NCBI RefSeq assembly: GCF_964355755.1
Contig: NC_092671.1
Coordinates: 1,860,001-1,924,000 of the forward strand
Reading direction: 5' to 3'
From: Antedon mediterranea
Lineage: Eukaryota > Animalia > Echinodermata
DNA length: 64,000 bases
The notes under the pieces are model-generated. The model had not been told where the DNA came from, ran no database searches, and saw nothing but the letters and a program-made list of their open reading frames with translations. A program made the position numbers and the translations under genes. This document shows, piece after piece, positions 1-12,800 of this stretch; within the stretch, counting starts at the first letter, position 1; every line of letters starts with the position of its first letter.

Positions 1-45
1 TTGGAACTTAATTTGAAACTTATTATAAAAGCTGAAAAGATATAA

Positions 46-3000
46 CTACCTTATACTTCGATCGACACAGAAATTGGTTGGTAGCTGAAACACACCATTG
101 TAACTCTGTTTATCTGAATCAAATGTCCAATTTATTGAGACATTCCTGATGATAAGACTGTCATCTTCAGATACAGCATTTGATGCAGATTCCATTGATA
201 GCACTGCCAACCAACGTTTCTGATATGTAGGTATGTCATTCGCCCCTCTAGGTTTCTTATTTGCTAACTGAGAGAAACATGTAACAGGATCGGAACGATG
301 TTCTAAACATATGTCCAGTTCAGGTGTCAAGTTGAAGAGTTGGATTTTAGGTTCAGGAATTCCTCGTTCAAGTCCTGCCATAAGCTTAACTTCAACCATG
401 TGCCCTAGAGTGTATTCTCTTTCAAACTCCACAAAATGATATCTGTTTCCGTGCCGATCTAGTATTTCAGATGTCACTTCTTTCTTCAACTGTTTTCCAT
501 TCTCACTTTTAACTACAGTTCTTTGATTTTTTTCTTTCTCGGTAGTTTCAATTTCTTGGGCAGCATAATGCATTGCAGCGCGAATTTGATGGATATCGTC
601 ATCTTCGATTCCAGAAAGAATTTCTTGCCAATGAGTACTGTTAAAAGTGACAACAAAACGGTTTGCATCTAGTTCTCCTGCAGAGCTGTCCATCTTTGGT
701 AGAACCTCAGTAGGTTTTGCTTTTGCATCATATATTCTTTGCTTCCATGATACGTTGATAATATCATTATCAACCCCTGGTATTTTTGATGGCTTTAACT
801 TGTTTAAGCCCACAGCCCTACCAGTAATTTGCATAAATCTAGGGAAGACAAAGCTAATATTTTTATCAGATGCTTGCTCCACAGTAGATAAACATGAAAT
901 TGATACCTCTTTCAACTGTAAAGCCATCGTGAACAACTTTGTTCTTTTTTCAAAAGCCTTGGCATTTGACGATTTAATTGTTGAGTTATAGCAGATGGAA
1001 CTGATTTCTTCTTCAGTGTAAGGTTTGTCTTGTTGGTTGATAGCTGCATCTATAAGGCGGTGCACAACTATGTCAATGTAACGTCTTATTGGAGATGTAA
1101 AGTGAGTGTAGAAGTCAACTTCAAGAGAATGATGTGCCAGATCTCGACCATCGGAAAGGCTTTGACCAGAACATTTGTAATCCGACTTCTCTTGTATCAT
1201 GTAGTAGTGTGCCATCATCACAGAGAGCTTTGGGTGTTTATTATCAGTACAAACAATCTGGATAATCTTCATCATTTCAGCAAGACTGGCATCGGAACCT
1301 TGCTTGATATTATTTACAATTTCCACCAACTGGTTCCATTCCCGTGTCTGCATTGTAATTGTGTTACTTTGTTCACCACATTTACAGACATCATCACAAT
1401 TGCACTGTGAAGAATCAACATATTCTTTAAACTTCCCTAACATCTCTTTACTGTTTCTGATGTGAGGTAAGTGTTTGACTTGAAATTCCTGGAGAGTATC
1501 AGGATCTGGAGAGAGCTGCCTTCTGAGTGGCACACATTGAGGAAATATTTCCATCAAATACTCTGCGACAGCTTTGTTTGCAAGGATCATGAATTCTTCA
1601 ATCAGTGAATGTGCAAGAGGACATGATGCCTCTTCTTCATTTTCATCCTCATTGTATGAAAATCTACCTTCCTTAAGGCGCGCTGCACGAGTCTTCTGAG
1701 CTAATTCATTCAGTACATGAATTGCAGTTACAATGGATGGTTTTACATCATTGTTTCCATTATGAATGATGTCTTCTACTTCTTTGTACATGAATTTTTG
1801 TCTGGATTGAATCACAGATTTCACTATTTTTGTGTTAGAATGTAGACCGTCATTTCTTATGTCCATAAACACAGACATTGCTAATCTATCTTTTCCTGGA
1901 ATTAAACTGCAAAAGTTGGTACTAAGTCGTGATGGCAGCATGTTGATGGGAGCTGAAAGTGTTGGATAATATGTAGTGGCTCTCTTCTTTGCCTCTTCAT
2001 CAAGCAATGTTTTGTTTCCTACAAAATAGCTGACATCAGCGATATGAACTCCAACTTCATAATGACTGTCAGAAAGTTTACGTATGCTAAGTGCATCATC
2101 AATATCTTGACAACCTTTTGGGTCGATAGTGAATGTTTCAATATTTCTTAAGTCAGTTCTCTTTTTCATTTCATCTTCTGGAATTTTCCAGTTTTCTGAA
2201 AACGTCTTGTCAAGTTCTTCACGGACTTTCTTCTTCCAGGTATCTTCAACTCCATGTATAAGCTTTAGAATTCTAATCCCCTCTGCTTTGTTAGTGGCTG
2301 GAGGCAGCTCTTCTGTAACAAATCCCATTGGATACGTCATTTTATCGTGCCATTTCCAATAGCGTACCACAAACAGTTTATGAAGACGGTCCTTGTTGGT
2401 CACCACAACTTTCCTTTCTGAATAAAATGGCTTATCACTGTTGACCTGTTTACTTAAGGTGTATATGTCTACAGTAACATCCTCGCTCGGTGATTTGTTT
2501 TTGTCCTTTGTCTGTATGCAAAGTTTTGGGAAGTCTTTGTTTACGGGTACCATAAGGCTGTTACTATGCTGATCCAGCATGCAAACTAGTTTACGCAAGT
2601 AGGGGTCAGATGCTCTCTTCAAGACCTGGACAACCTTACCATACATTTTTTTAGATTTTTCTTCATTTTCTGGATTATCCAATGCTTTGATGTCAACTTC
2701 TTCAAGAATTTCTTCATTTTCTTGCACTTCTATGATAACTTCATCATTGTTTAGAGCACGCCCTCTGTTATGCTTACTTATTATTGAAATATTCATTAGA
2801 ATATCTTCCTCTAAAGTGGTAGCGTATGTCTTTCCTCGAACATCAAGATGAAATTTGCATTTCTTATATTTTTCTGGTTCTGATTCAAGCAGTGGTCCAT
2901 ACTTCTTGTCTTGATCTAATTCTTCGCTACTTATGTCGGTGTCTTCTGGATCGTACTCTTCAAAGAATTCAGAACCTTGAAGATTTGAATGGTCTTTTTC

Positions 3001-3834
3001 TGGAACAAATAACTTTATTGCAATTTGTTCTAACTCTTGTTTTTGTTGAAAATTGGTTCTTTGTTTTGTTACTGGAATAGAATCCTCATTGCTTCCTTTG
3101 TCCAATTTCTGAATTGATGGTTCCTCATTTCTTTTAGATTCTATCAAATTTGAAGATGATCCATTTTCATTTGCAGCTGATACATTGTCGGTTTTCATTT
3201 CTTGGTTAACTTGTCTTCTAAGTTCTTTCAGAATTGAATCATTGATTTTTTTCTCATCAATTTCTTCTTCATCTTCCGACTGCCATTGTTCAGATTCACA
3301 GAAATCCGCCGGTATTTCTGTGAAAAAAGAAAAATCACCACTGACAAAGTTTTCTGAGTCATCTCTACTTATTGTGGATAAACGTGGAAAATCCTCGCTG
3401 ATCTGTCTTGTTATTTTATCTTCTGCTGGCTTCTTTCTCTTTGGGACATCCACAGATTTTTCTTTGATGACAGATGGTTTGAAAGGAGCAGCAAATGGAT
3501 TGAGTCCAATGTTCGTAGCGTCAATGTCTCCACGTATTTGTTGCAGAGTTAAATTAGTTGGATATAAACTTCCGTGATTCTCACATTTCTGGAGAAACTT
3601 CTCCCAAACCTTTGAACAAAGACCAATAGAACACATCGCTATAGGATCTCCAACAACCATCAGAAGAGATTTGGCTCGTGTAAATGCAGTGTTTAACAGC
3701 TTTTCATCAGAAAGGAATCCATAGTAAAATTCTGCACTTTCGTCCGGGCTGTTGTATTTAGCAGCAACATGTGTCTTCACTAAGGTTGCTCTTGTTCGTA
3801 CAACACTGATGAATAATGCTCGGAATTCTTTACC
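46..3834 (-). CDS. HELZ2: Giant exon of HELZ2-like copy A: end of helicase 1, acidic linker, cold-shock/OB region, RNB domain
   Basis: 1269-aa ORF containing GKEFRALFISVVR, LNTAFTRAK (SF1 motif VI), TFTIDPKGCQDIDDALS, EVGVHIADVS, LIEEFMILAN, YTHFTSPIRRYIDIVVHRL. Confidence 0.93.
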   Translation of the reverse strand, partial: GKEFRALFISVVRTRATLVKTHVAAKYNSPDESAEFYYGFLSDEKLLNTAFTRAKSLLMVVGDPIAMCSIGLCSKVWEKFLQKCENHGSLYPTNLTLQQIRGDIDATNIGLNPFAAPFKPSVIKEKSVDVPKRKKPAEDKITRQISEDFPRLSTISRDDSENFVSGDFSFFTEIPADFCESEQWQSEDEEEIDEKKINDSILKELRRQVNQEMKTDNVSAANENGSSSNLIESKRNEEPSIQKLDKGSNEDSIPVTKQRTNFQQKQELEQIAIKLFVPEKDHSNLQGSEFFEEYDPEDTDISSEELDQDKKYGPLLESEPEKYKKCKFHLDVRGKTYATTLEEDILMNISIISKHNRGRALNNDEVIIEVQENEEILEEVDIKALDNPENEEKSKKMYGKVVQVLKRASDPYLRKLVCMLDQHSNSLMVPVNKDFPKLCIQTKDKNKSPSEDVTVDIYTLSKQVNSDKPFYSERKVVVTNKDRLHKLFVVRYWKWHDKMTYPMGFVTEELPPATNKAEGIRILKLIHGVEDTWKKKVREELDKTFSENWKIPEDEMKKRTDLRNIETFTIDPKGCQDIDDALSIRKLSDSHYEVGVHIADVSYFVGNKTLLDEEAKKRATTYYPTLSAPINMLPSRLSTNFCSLIPGKDRLAMSVFMDIRNDGLHSNTKIVKSVIQSRQKFMYKEVEDIIHNGNNDVKPSIVTAIHVLNELAQKTRAARLKEGRFSYNEDENEEEASCPLAHSLIEEFMILANKAVAEYLMEIFPQCVPLRRQLSPDPDTLQEFQVKHLPHIRNSKEMLGKFKEYVDSSQCNCDDVCKCGEQSNTITMQTREWNQLVEIVNNIKQGSDASLAEMMKIIQIVCTDNKHPKLSVMMAHYYMIQEKSDYKCSGQSLSDGRDLAHHSLEVDFYTHFTSPIRRYIDIVVHRLIDAAINQQDKPYTEEEISSICYNSTIKSSNAKAFEKRTKLFTMALQLKEVSISCLSTVEQASDKNISFVFPRFMQITGRAVGLNKLKPSKIPGVDNDIINVSWKQRIYDAKAKPTEVLPKMDSSAGELDANRFVVTFNSTHWQEILSGIEDDDIHQIRAAMHYAAQEIETTEKEKNQRTVVKSENGKQLKKEVTSEILDRHGNRYHFVEFEREYTLGHMVEVKLMAGLERGIPEPKIQLFNLTPELDICLEHRSDPVTCFSQLANKKPRGANDIPTYQKRWLAVLSMESASNAVSEDDSLIIRNVSINWTFDSDKQSYNGVFQLPTNFCVDRSIR

Positions 3835-6800
3835 TTTAAGAAATAATATATGCAAGTTGTAATAATGAATTGCAGTTTACTCTTGAATTTACGTTCTTCA
3901 ATATTGTAACAATATAGATTGAGGGAAAACTTGAATAACCTGTGCAGAATTGCTGTATATAATGTTGTCTACAAAATAAATTACCTTGTACATTTCTTAC
4001 ACTCTCAACTGTTACATCGTTCAACTTGCGTCTTCGAAGTTCTTTACGTATTTCACGCACCTGAAATTAATAAATGGCCTATGAATACTGTATACTGTAA
4101 ATTTTCTAATAGTAACCCACACTCTAATAGTAACACCCCTTCTAATAGTAACCCACCTTATAAATCAATCTATAATAATAACACACTACGCTAATAGTAA
4201 CCCATGGGGGTTATTATTGGAGTCACAAAAACTATTGAAAAAATGACACTAAAATCAACATTTGTTTATTTTGTATTTTTCTTTTCATTATGAAGACTGG
4301 GCATGGTCGTATTTTGAAAATAAGGAAATAATGCATGTTGATCTCGGGAGTGGGGGAGGATTGAGTGTTTTTGAGTTTATAAAATAAAGTTAGAGGTCAA
4401 CCATATTTGTTTATTCGTACTGTTATATTATTTTGCTATGAGTTGCTGACTGGAAAAGTTGGGGGTGGATTACTATTTACAGGTGCGTAATTTAAGATTA
4501 GTAATATTAACCCACTACTCTCATAGTAACCCCCCTTCTAATAGTAACCCACCCTAAAAAACAATCAAAGAATAATAACCAAATGTTACAATTCAAAGAT
4601 TGACGGTATCTGTGGTGAATGTACCGTATTTATGCAAAACAGCGATTTACGTACCTGAGAATTATATGGTGTAACAACACCAATACTTTTTTTCTCTCCC
4701 CATTCTGTTGGCCAGTTGCGATAAAGACCCTCAACTCTGAATCCAAGTTCTACTACTTCATCTCTATTACAATATGATGTTCCTACAAGATGATCTTGGC
4801 CCCTGACAGCATAAAACGATAACGGGTACAGAGTTGGGTGTGGTGGGTGCAACTTCTTGGAACTTAGTTTGGTTTTGTAAAATATGTCGGACACAAATGT
4901 TAGAATTTCTTTACATGTTCGGTAGTTGTGATGCAGAAATATAGTATTTTGGTCACCTGTTTTTTCGTAATGATCATGTAGGCGCTTAAGAATAGATCGA
5001 TCAAATCCACCAATGCGTGCCTCCTCAGAATAGACCTATTAGAAATACATTTCATTGAAAGAAATTGTCAGTCTTTATAATTCGGTTGAATTTAAGGGCT
5101 AGTTCAGGCTTAATTATTTAGTTCAGACTTGATCATTTAGTTCAGGCTTGATTGATTTAGTGGGTAAGTCATTAACTTACCCAGGTAATTAAGTCCTTTG
5201 GTTCTCCAAGTCTAAGCAAAATGTTTTTTTAAGGATCTATTTACCTTTGGACTCATTTGAATATGATCTCCAGCAATTGCTACACATGAGTTCCACTCTG
5301 CCATTGCTAACGGCATAATAGCTTGAGTCTCTAATGCCTGACCTGCCTCATCAATTAGTATGTGTGTGAAATGACCTTTCAAGTTCAGAGATACTAATCT
5401 TAATGCCATATTAAGGGTACAGATGACAACTCTAGATCTCTTCACATCATCTCTGGTTGGTAGATTAATTGTGTTTGTGGTTTTGTCAATCAGACAATAC
5501 TTCCTAACAACTGAAGGTATGGTCCCAATACGTCGTTCAGATTGGTACACTCGAAGCAGCGTTGGTTTAAGCCCTGTACATTTTGGGTAAGTTGTTAAAT
5601 ATTCATCTAAATGTTCAGTAATGTACAAATCTGCCCCACTAAATAAGATAATAAAAACATTAAGAACACTAAATAAAATGTCATATTCATCTGTAGATTT
5701 ATTTATTATATGTACTATTTATTTATATAGTTCATTACAACCTTTATCTAAAAATGCTTCCTAATTCTTATTTTGAGCAATGAAGTTATACTTACCTACC
5801 TTATGGACAATTAAAAATTAAAGTACCATAAATAAAATTATGCGATTATCTATACTTATCATAACCAAATTAATTTACAAACCTATTGGACATGGTGCAA
5901 ATCAAAACCTTTGTACCGTGTCTCAGAAGGATCTTCTTTACAGACTCTGCCATGGTTCTTGTTTTTCCTGTACCAAATGGTCCATATATCACCAATGGTG
6001 GCCCACAGACTGTCATATTTCCTGCCATACGCATATACTCTACTGCTTGTTCTTGTTTTTCATTGAGAACATCAGTAGCCAAACCAGCTGGAATGGCTAG
6101 TTTTTCTCCAGCTATTGGAAACACAAAATCCATGTTTTCCAAACTATCAATAGCATAGTGCATTTCACAGAAAAATAAGCGCTCAACCTGGAACTGAACT
6201 TCAATACTTATTTTAGTTTTTGCTTTCAGTTTTAGTTTTTCTACAAACTTCGCATTCAGAGTTACATAGATGTAGTCTTTTGTGCGACCATTGATGCTTT
6301 CATTGGATACAATTTTAAGTTCATAAGCTTTATTTGATTCTGAATCAAATTTACACAATACACTTTGTACAGACTCCATGATAATCTGGCTGGATTCTGT
6401 GTCACAGTTTAGAGTTTCAGTTAGTTCTATTTTACCAAAGAGTTCACCATTTTGAGCAATGAACATTTCGGTACCAGCATAGGATTCAACTGTGATAGTA
6501 CTTTCAATTTCTATTTCTGTCATTGTGTTGAACCTAAAATTATGAAAAACATGTTATTATTCTTCATTATATATATATATGTGCCTTTATAACTATGCCT
6601 TTTGTTTGTTAACATCTTTGATTGGCTGATTTGTTTTATTATGTAATTTTGTGACTTATATATGTTATCCTTTGTTACAATTCTCTTCACCTGATGATGG
6701 GCTATGCCCGAAACATGTCGTAAAAATAAATCTATATTGAGGCAGTTTTAACTTATTTGATCTTGATTTTTTTCTATATCCTGCCTATGCAGCTCTTTGA

Positions 6801-9800
6801 TTTATATATATATATATATATATATATTGATCAAACAAGCAAGTTTGACCAATCGCTTTATTCACATACATCAAATAATGATTTGAAAATTAAAAAAAAG
6901 TAAAACTTCTAATTGAAAATAAAATATAAAAAGTATGAAATGAAATGTAAAGGGGCAGTATTGTAAGCGCAGTATATCGAAAAATGTCAAAACATACAAA
7001 AATTGTTATAAATGTAGTAGTATAAGGCCTACAATATCTATTAAAATAATAAATAATACCTGTTGATCTTTTTCATTCTGTCCCTTTCCTCCAAATGCAC
7101 CATTTTGTGCATCCTATGTTTGTAATTCTCCTGAGTTAGCTCACCTACATTTAAATCATCAATATTTAGATTTGCACTTGGTGGCTTGTATTTCCTGATG
7201 AGGTCTTCTTCAATAGGGCTTGGTTCAGGTGGTCGGATTATCTCTGTATTACTTGTGTCCCAAATAATGGTGGACTGACGTTCACTCAACTGCTTCATGT
7301 ATTTAGGACGGTCTTCTTTTGCACCAACATGAACATTAAGTTTTCGAACCATAACTGGCTTCTTCCCAAAATCAAAGACAACCCACTGATGGAAACTTCC
7401 AAGCATGTTGCTGGTGAAATGTACATCTACGGTATATGTATATCCATCCATGATTAAATTTCCAGGACAGACTTGAGGTTTATTTTCTTCTTTTGGATGT
7501 GACAAAAAAAAGTGCAAGCGATGTTCATCGTAAAGTAGGCCAACACGTTTTAACCTTTCTACCTAAATATGGATATTAAAAATATTGAAAGAATTTCATT
7601 TAGCTTCGATTTTGTATAGATGACAAATTTCGTTTTTGTAAAAGCACAAGTTAACGGAGTACTTACTCGAACGTTTCGATCTCTATCAGAGATCCTTCTC
7701 AACTGACTGCGGAGTGTTAATGCAGCTTGGTCATTCTTGACGTCATCTGTTGATGACGTTGTACGCCTCCGGTTGTAGGTTGGAGGTTGTGCGGGGCTCG
7801 GCCAGGTGATGTGTCTATCAAATCATTGTACAAATGCGAGAGTTCGTGGGCTCCAGTGTCCCGGTTCATGGTCTTCTCTTTATTTCTCCTTATATGTAAT
7901 GATTCTCTAATCTGTCTGTCTTTGCGTTTAGGCTCTTTGGTTAAGATGGTAGCCTCCCAGTTCGGTACATGATTGTGTTTTATGACATGTTCTGTAATGG
8001 CAGATTTGTGTATGATCGAAGATGTGGATGTTCTGGAGGCCCTAGTCATTACTCCCCCCGTGTTTGTTGTAACATCTTTTTTGTGATCATTAATTCGTGT
8101 TTGTAATGCCCTCCCTGTTTCCCCAATGTAAACTTGTGGACAGTTGCGGCAGGTGACTTCGTAGATTACTCCACATGTATCCATCTTCTCGATTTTATCT
8201 TTTGGGTGGACAAGGCTATTCTTGATTTTATTTTGGGGTAGGAAATAGGTTCCGACATTGTGATAGGAGAGAGTGCGTCGTATTCTTTCTGCCATTCCTT
8301 TTACATAGGGGATTCCTATGCTACCTCGCATCTTGATCTTTTCCTTCTGTGGTTCGTGTCCTTTGTTCTTTTTTCTTTTTCGGTTTTCCATAACTCTCTG
8401 GAAGGACCACTCTGGATACTGGCAGTTGTGTAACGCTTTCTTGATGTTATCCATCTCAACTTTCCTCAAATCCATATCTCCCACTACCTTCTCAGCTCTG
8501 TCCACAAGCGTGTTTATAAGCCCCAGTTTGTGTTCGAGTGGATGATGTGAGTTGAAATGTAAATATTGGTCTGTGTGAGTGGGCTTCCGATAGACTGAGG
8601 TGGTAACTGTTCCATTGTCATTGAGTGTGATGAGCATGTCCAGGAAAGGTATTGTGTTGTTTGTCATCGATTCTGTGGTGAACTTTATATTGTCAGTTAT
8701 ATCGATGTTATTAAGATGTGTGTTAAATGTATGTACTGTACCTATGGGGATGATAGCTAATACATCATCAACGTATCGTTTCCAATACACAGGCTTGATG
8801 TTAGTGGGTGCCGTGTTTATGGCTTGATGTTCGAGCCACTCTAGATACAAGTTCGCCAATATAGGACTTATTGGGCTTCCCATAGCAATGCCTTGTATTT
8901 GCCTATAAATGTTACCATTGAACGAGAAATAGGTTTTGTTCACAATTAAACCGAGGAGCTCCATTATGTCTGTCACATGTAGTTTAGTTCTATCCAGAAG
9001 TGTCGGATCTGTTGTTAGGCGATTAATTAGTGGAGTAATCTACGAAGTCACCTGCCGCAACTGTCCACAAGTTTACATTGGGGAAACAGGGAGGGCATTA
9101 CAAACACGAATTAATGATCACAAAAAAGATGTTACAACAAACACGGGGGGAGTAATGACTAGGGCCTCCAGAACATCCACATCTTCGATCATACACAAAT
9201 CTGCCATTACAGAACATGTCATAAAACACAATCATGTACCGAACTGGGAGGCTACCATCTTAACCAAAGAGCCTAAACGCAAAGACAGACAGATTAGAGA
9301 ATCATTACATATAAGGAGAAAAAAGAGAAGACCATGAACCGGGACACTGGAGCCCACGAACTCTCGCATTTGTACAATGATTTGATAGACACATCACCTG
9401 GCCGAGCCCCGCACAACCTCCAACCTACAACCGGAGGCGTACAACGTCATCAACAGATGACGTCAAGAATGACCAAGCTGCATTAACACTCCGCAGTCAG
9501 TTGAGAAGGATCTCTGATAGAGATCGAAACGTTCGAGTAAGTACTCCGTTAACTTGTGCTTTTACAAAAACGAAATTTGTCATCTATTAAAAATATTGTT
9601 AAAAAGTTGACACTTAAAAAAAGCATACAATTTTAAATGTTAAATAAATGGAATTTTATCAATCTCCAGAAGCTTTCTATTTAAAAAAAAAAACCATTAT
9701 TTAAAGTATATTTATAAACATTTTAATGGTGTAGGATAATTGAATGAAAGTTAGTTTGCTACAAAAGAGAAAGACAAAATTTAAACCTTCACTTACTCCA

Positions 9801-12800
9801 TCAATGCATTCCACTTGGAATGTCCAACAATCTTTGAATACTTTGTCACGTTCTCTGTCAATGGCATCGATAAAACAGTTTAGTTTCTTCTCACAACTAA
9901 TCTGAATTTCAGGTGGTTCTTTCTCAGTGATCTATAAATATAAATGATATATACTTTAATGATTATGAATTTTAATGTTGCAGTGAAATGAATAGTTTTG
10001 TTTTATGATTATTACATAATTTTGCATGTTATATAGTGAGTCACACATGCAACATGAAAAAGGAAAAAATCATTTAAAAATTGAAAGATCTAAAAATAAA
10101 ACAAAAATCTACAAATAATGTTAACATATTTAGTTGTCTACTTTTCATACCAATTTAACCTCAGATGTTGATGAGTTGTATTCAATCAAAAGTTGATCCA
10201 TGAATGAGAAGAGTTTGCTCTCGTTAGCTTTTCGTCTTTTCATCATTCGATATTCATGTCTTTCTTTCCATTCTTCCAATTCTTCTTGAGTGTGTGCCAG
10301 TGTGCAGTGGTTGTTAGCTGGGTCCACATTTGAGTAGGGGCAACTATTTTCTTTGTGTCTAACCATGAAAATAACAATATATTATATTATTTTTTAAATA
10401 CATCCGATGAATTAGTTAAAAAATTTCTTTCAATATATCTGAGATGTCCATCTTATGTGCTGTATATAAAATAGTAGTTAGAATAGTATAGGTTTCTTAC
10501 CGGTTACAAATAACATACTGTCCGTTGACAACACCAAGTGGTGGACTTCGGTGTTTCCAGCTTCTTTCAGTGTCAGAGTTAACACAACGTTTGTGTTTCA
10601 AAGTGCTGATATGGAATTCAAGCGTCGGTGTAGAATTAAAATCCATCTTACAGTAAGTACAATGGTAATTGACACGTTGTGGGATACTTTTTTGGACTTC
10701 TTTTTGTTTTTCGTTATTAGCTGACAAATTCTGGCTTTCAACAATCTCATCCAAGCTTTTCACTAAAACATAAATATGCAATATGTTACATTAATATTTT
10801 TAACATGGTGAGTAAGATTAACCACAAAATTAACAATGCTTTTTACTTACATTTGTGTTTTGCCATAAATATCCAAATTTGCTTTTCCTCCTCTGAATGA
10901 CAATGCATGCATTGCTGTCCATGTCTATCTGCATAGTCACATTTGGATTTGTTCTTACACATCACAGGTTTAGTATTGGGTCTAAGATTTGGATGTCTGC
11001 CATTGACTTTAATCCACTTTTGTTGACCAGAAAACACAAGACAAATCTTTTCTTTCCATGAATGTCCAGCTTCACACTTTGTTGTGTCTTTGCAATGTTG
11101 TCTTCGTTGCTGTCCTCCACGGCTCCAGCATGTTCCACATACAAATTTTAAGTGGAATGGACATTTTGCTTGTTCCTTAGCTGCCAGGGTGTCGGGGAAA
11201 GCTGAACTGACTGGTTTGTCAAATCGAGTGGGTGCCGCCATGGATCCACAAAACTCCACAAGAGAGTCTCTATCAATTGCGTACCTTTGTTCTAACTTCC
11301 AGATTTCCAGTTCTATGGAATCGTGGGCAAAATTACAGCTGTCGCCCCTCTTACAGTATGATCTGACATAGTATCTGCAATTATCTGCTATGTTGTTAGG
11401 AAGCTTAGGTCTTATTATAGATCGTATTATTTTTCCATTTTCATGTATTTCGTGTGCGAGTATTTTACAGGTCGACCATGGATGCTGCCTCCAAGGGTGT
11501 CCACAAAATCTTGAATCACTTCTGTTTTGAAAAGTTATACAAGGAGGCTTCAAATAGCAGCATTGCTGGCATATGTAAGTGAAACGACCTTTAACCTTTT
11601 CAAGAAGAGAACTGAACAATGCAGACTGTTGCTTTGCTGCTTTCAGCTGTTGATTTTCAGATTGATGAAATTTATGTTGAACTGGAAAGGGAGGTCTATC
11701 CATTGGAAGTGAACTTAAAGGACTTACAGGTTCTGTATTAGGCCACTGGTTTTGGTTTGATTTGATAACATTTGAAAAATTACCAAATGACATGCCAACA
11801 GGTCTTTGATGTTGTTGCCAAGATGCAGGGACCGCAACAGGCTGCTGATTTATCAACGCTGGCAAGTTACTTTTAGAAAGCAGATTTTCTAAATTAATAA
11901 GTGGCATGCTAACAGGTTGCAGAGGTCCAGGAACTGGTGCAGACATTTTAATTGGCTGTGGTTGCATGGCAACAGGTCTTGGAGATTGTTGCAGAGGTCT
12001 AGGAACTGGTGCAGAAATTCTAGTTGGCTGCGGTTGCATGGCAACAGGTCTTGGAGGTTGTTGCAGAGGTCTTGGAACTGGTGCAGAAAGTGTAGTTGGC
12101 TGCGGTTGCATGGCAACAGGTCTTGGAGATTGTTGCAGAGGTGCAGGAACTGGTGCTAAAATTGTAGTTGGCTGCGGTTGCATGCCAAAATGGGTTTGAT
12201 GCTGTGGATTTATAAATGTTGGTGGTGGCTGTAGTGGTTGCGGAACAGCAGGTAGTGATTGTTGTTGTATCATAACAACACCACGTTGGGGTGTCTTCTT
12301 CACGTTTCTATGCACGTTAGATCCTTGGAAACTGGTTTTCAATCTATGAGTATTCGATTTCAGGTGGAGCATAACATCTTTTCGATTGAAGTTTCCTTTC
12401 CTTTCTGCATTCCAAACCTGTTTTTCTTCGTCTGTATGTGGGAATTGACAATCTGGAACCTTACATGGCTTATCTGCTTGATAGCAGTAACAAAGCTTGT
12501 GTTCACCTTTAAAATCTTTATGTACACGTTCACGAATTTGACACCAGACACTGCGTTTGAACGCTTTGGTTGCTTTGGTGTCTGGACAAATTAAAATGTC
12601 CTTAAAACAGCTGTGGTTTCTCAAATTGCCGTGATAGTAATAGCCACTTCGTCCATAATAAGCAGTCCTTGTAAAGCAGTTTCGGCAGGCTAATCTAAGA
12701 GTTAAAGCTTCTATCCATTCTGTTGCATGTCCAGTTACAATCTTGTTAGATTCATTTTTTGATCCTAAGGAAAGAAAGAAAATATATCAGCTTAAATAAA

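Larger units (their letters stand above)
7588..9584 (-). mobile_element. Penelope-like retroelement, 5'-truncated, with inverted pLTR and 14-bp TSD
   Basis: TSD TATTAAAAATATTG at 7574-7587 and 9585-9598. 9030-9587 is the reverse complement of 7616-8174, with one 1-nt indel seen. About 28-nt tail extension at 7588-7615. Absent from the matching copy B intron. Confidence 0.93.

Noticed and set aside
647-3577. Plus-strand ORFs overlapping the RNB exon, mirrored at 35783-38680
   Set aside because: These are antisense shadows of the real coding exon. Their recurrence simply reflects the gene duplication.
8936-9337. Separate + strand GIY-YIG nuclease gene (133 aa)
   Set aside because: It is the inverted duplicate of the Penelope 3' end, fused to antisense RT sequence and frameshifted by a 1-nt deletion.
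11889-12199. Cys/Gly-rich and Trp-rich repeat ORFs resembling metallothionein or keratin-associated proteins
   Set aside because: They are alternative frames or the antisense strand of the 72-bp coding repeat in copy A.
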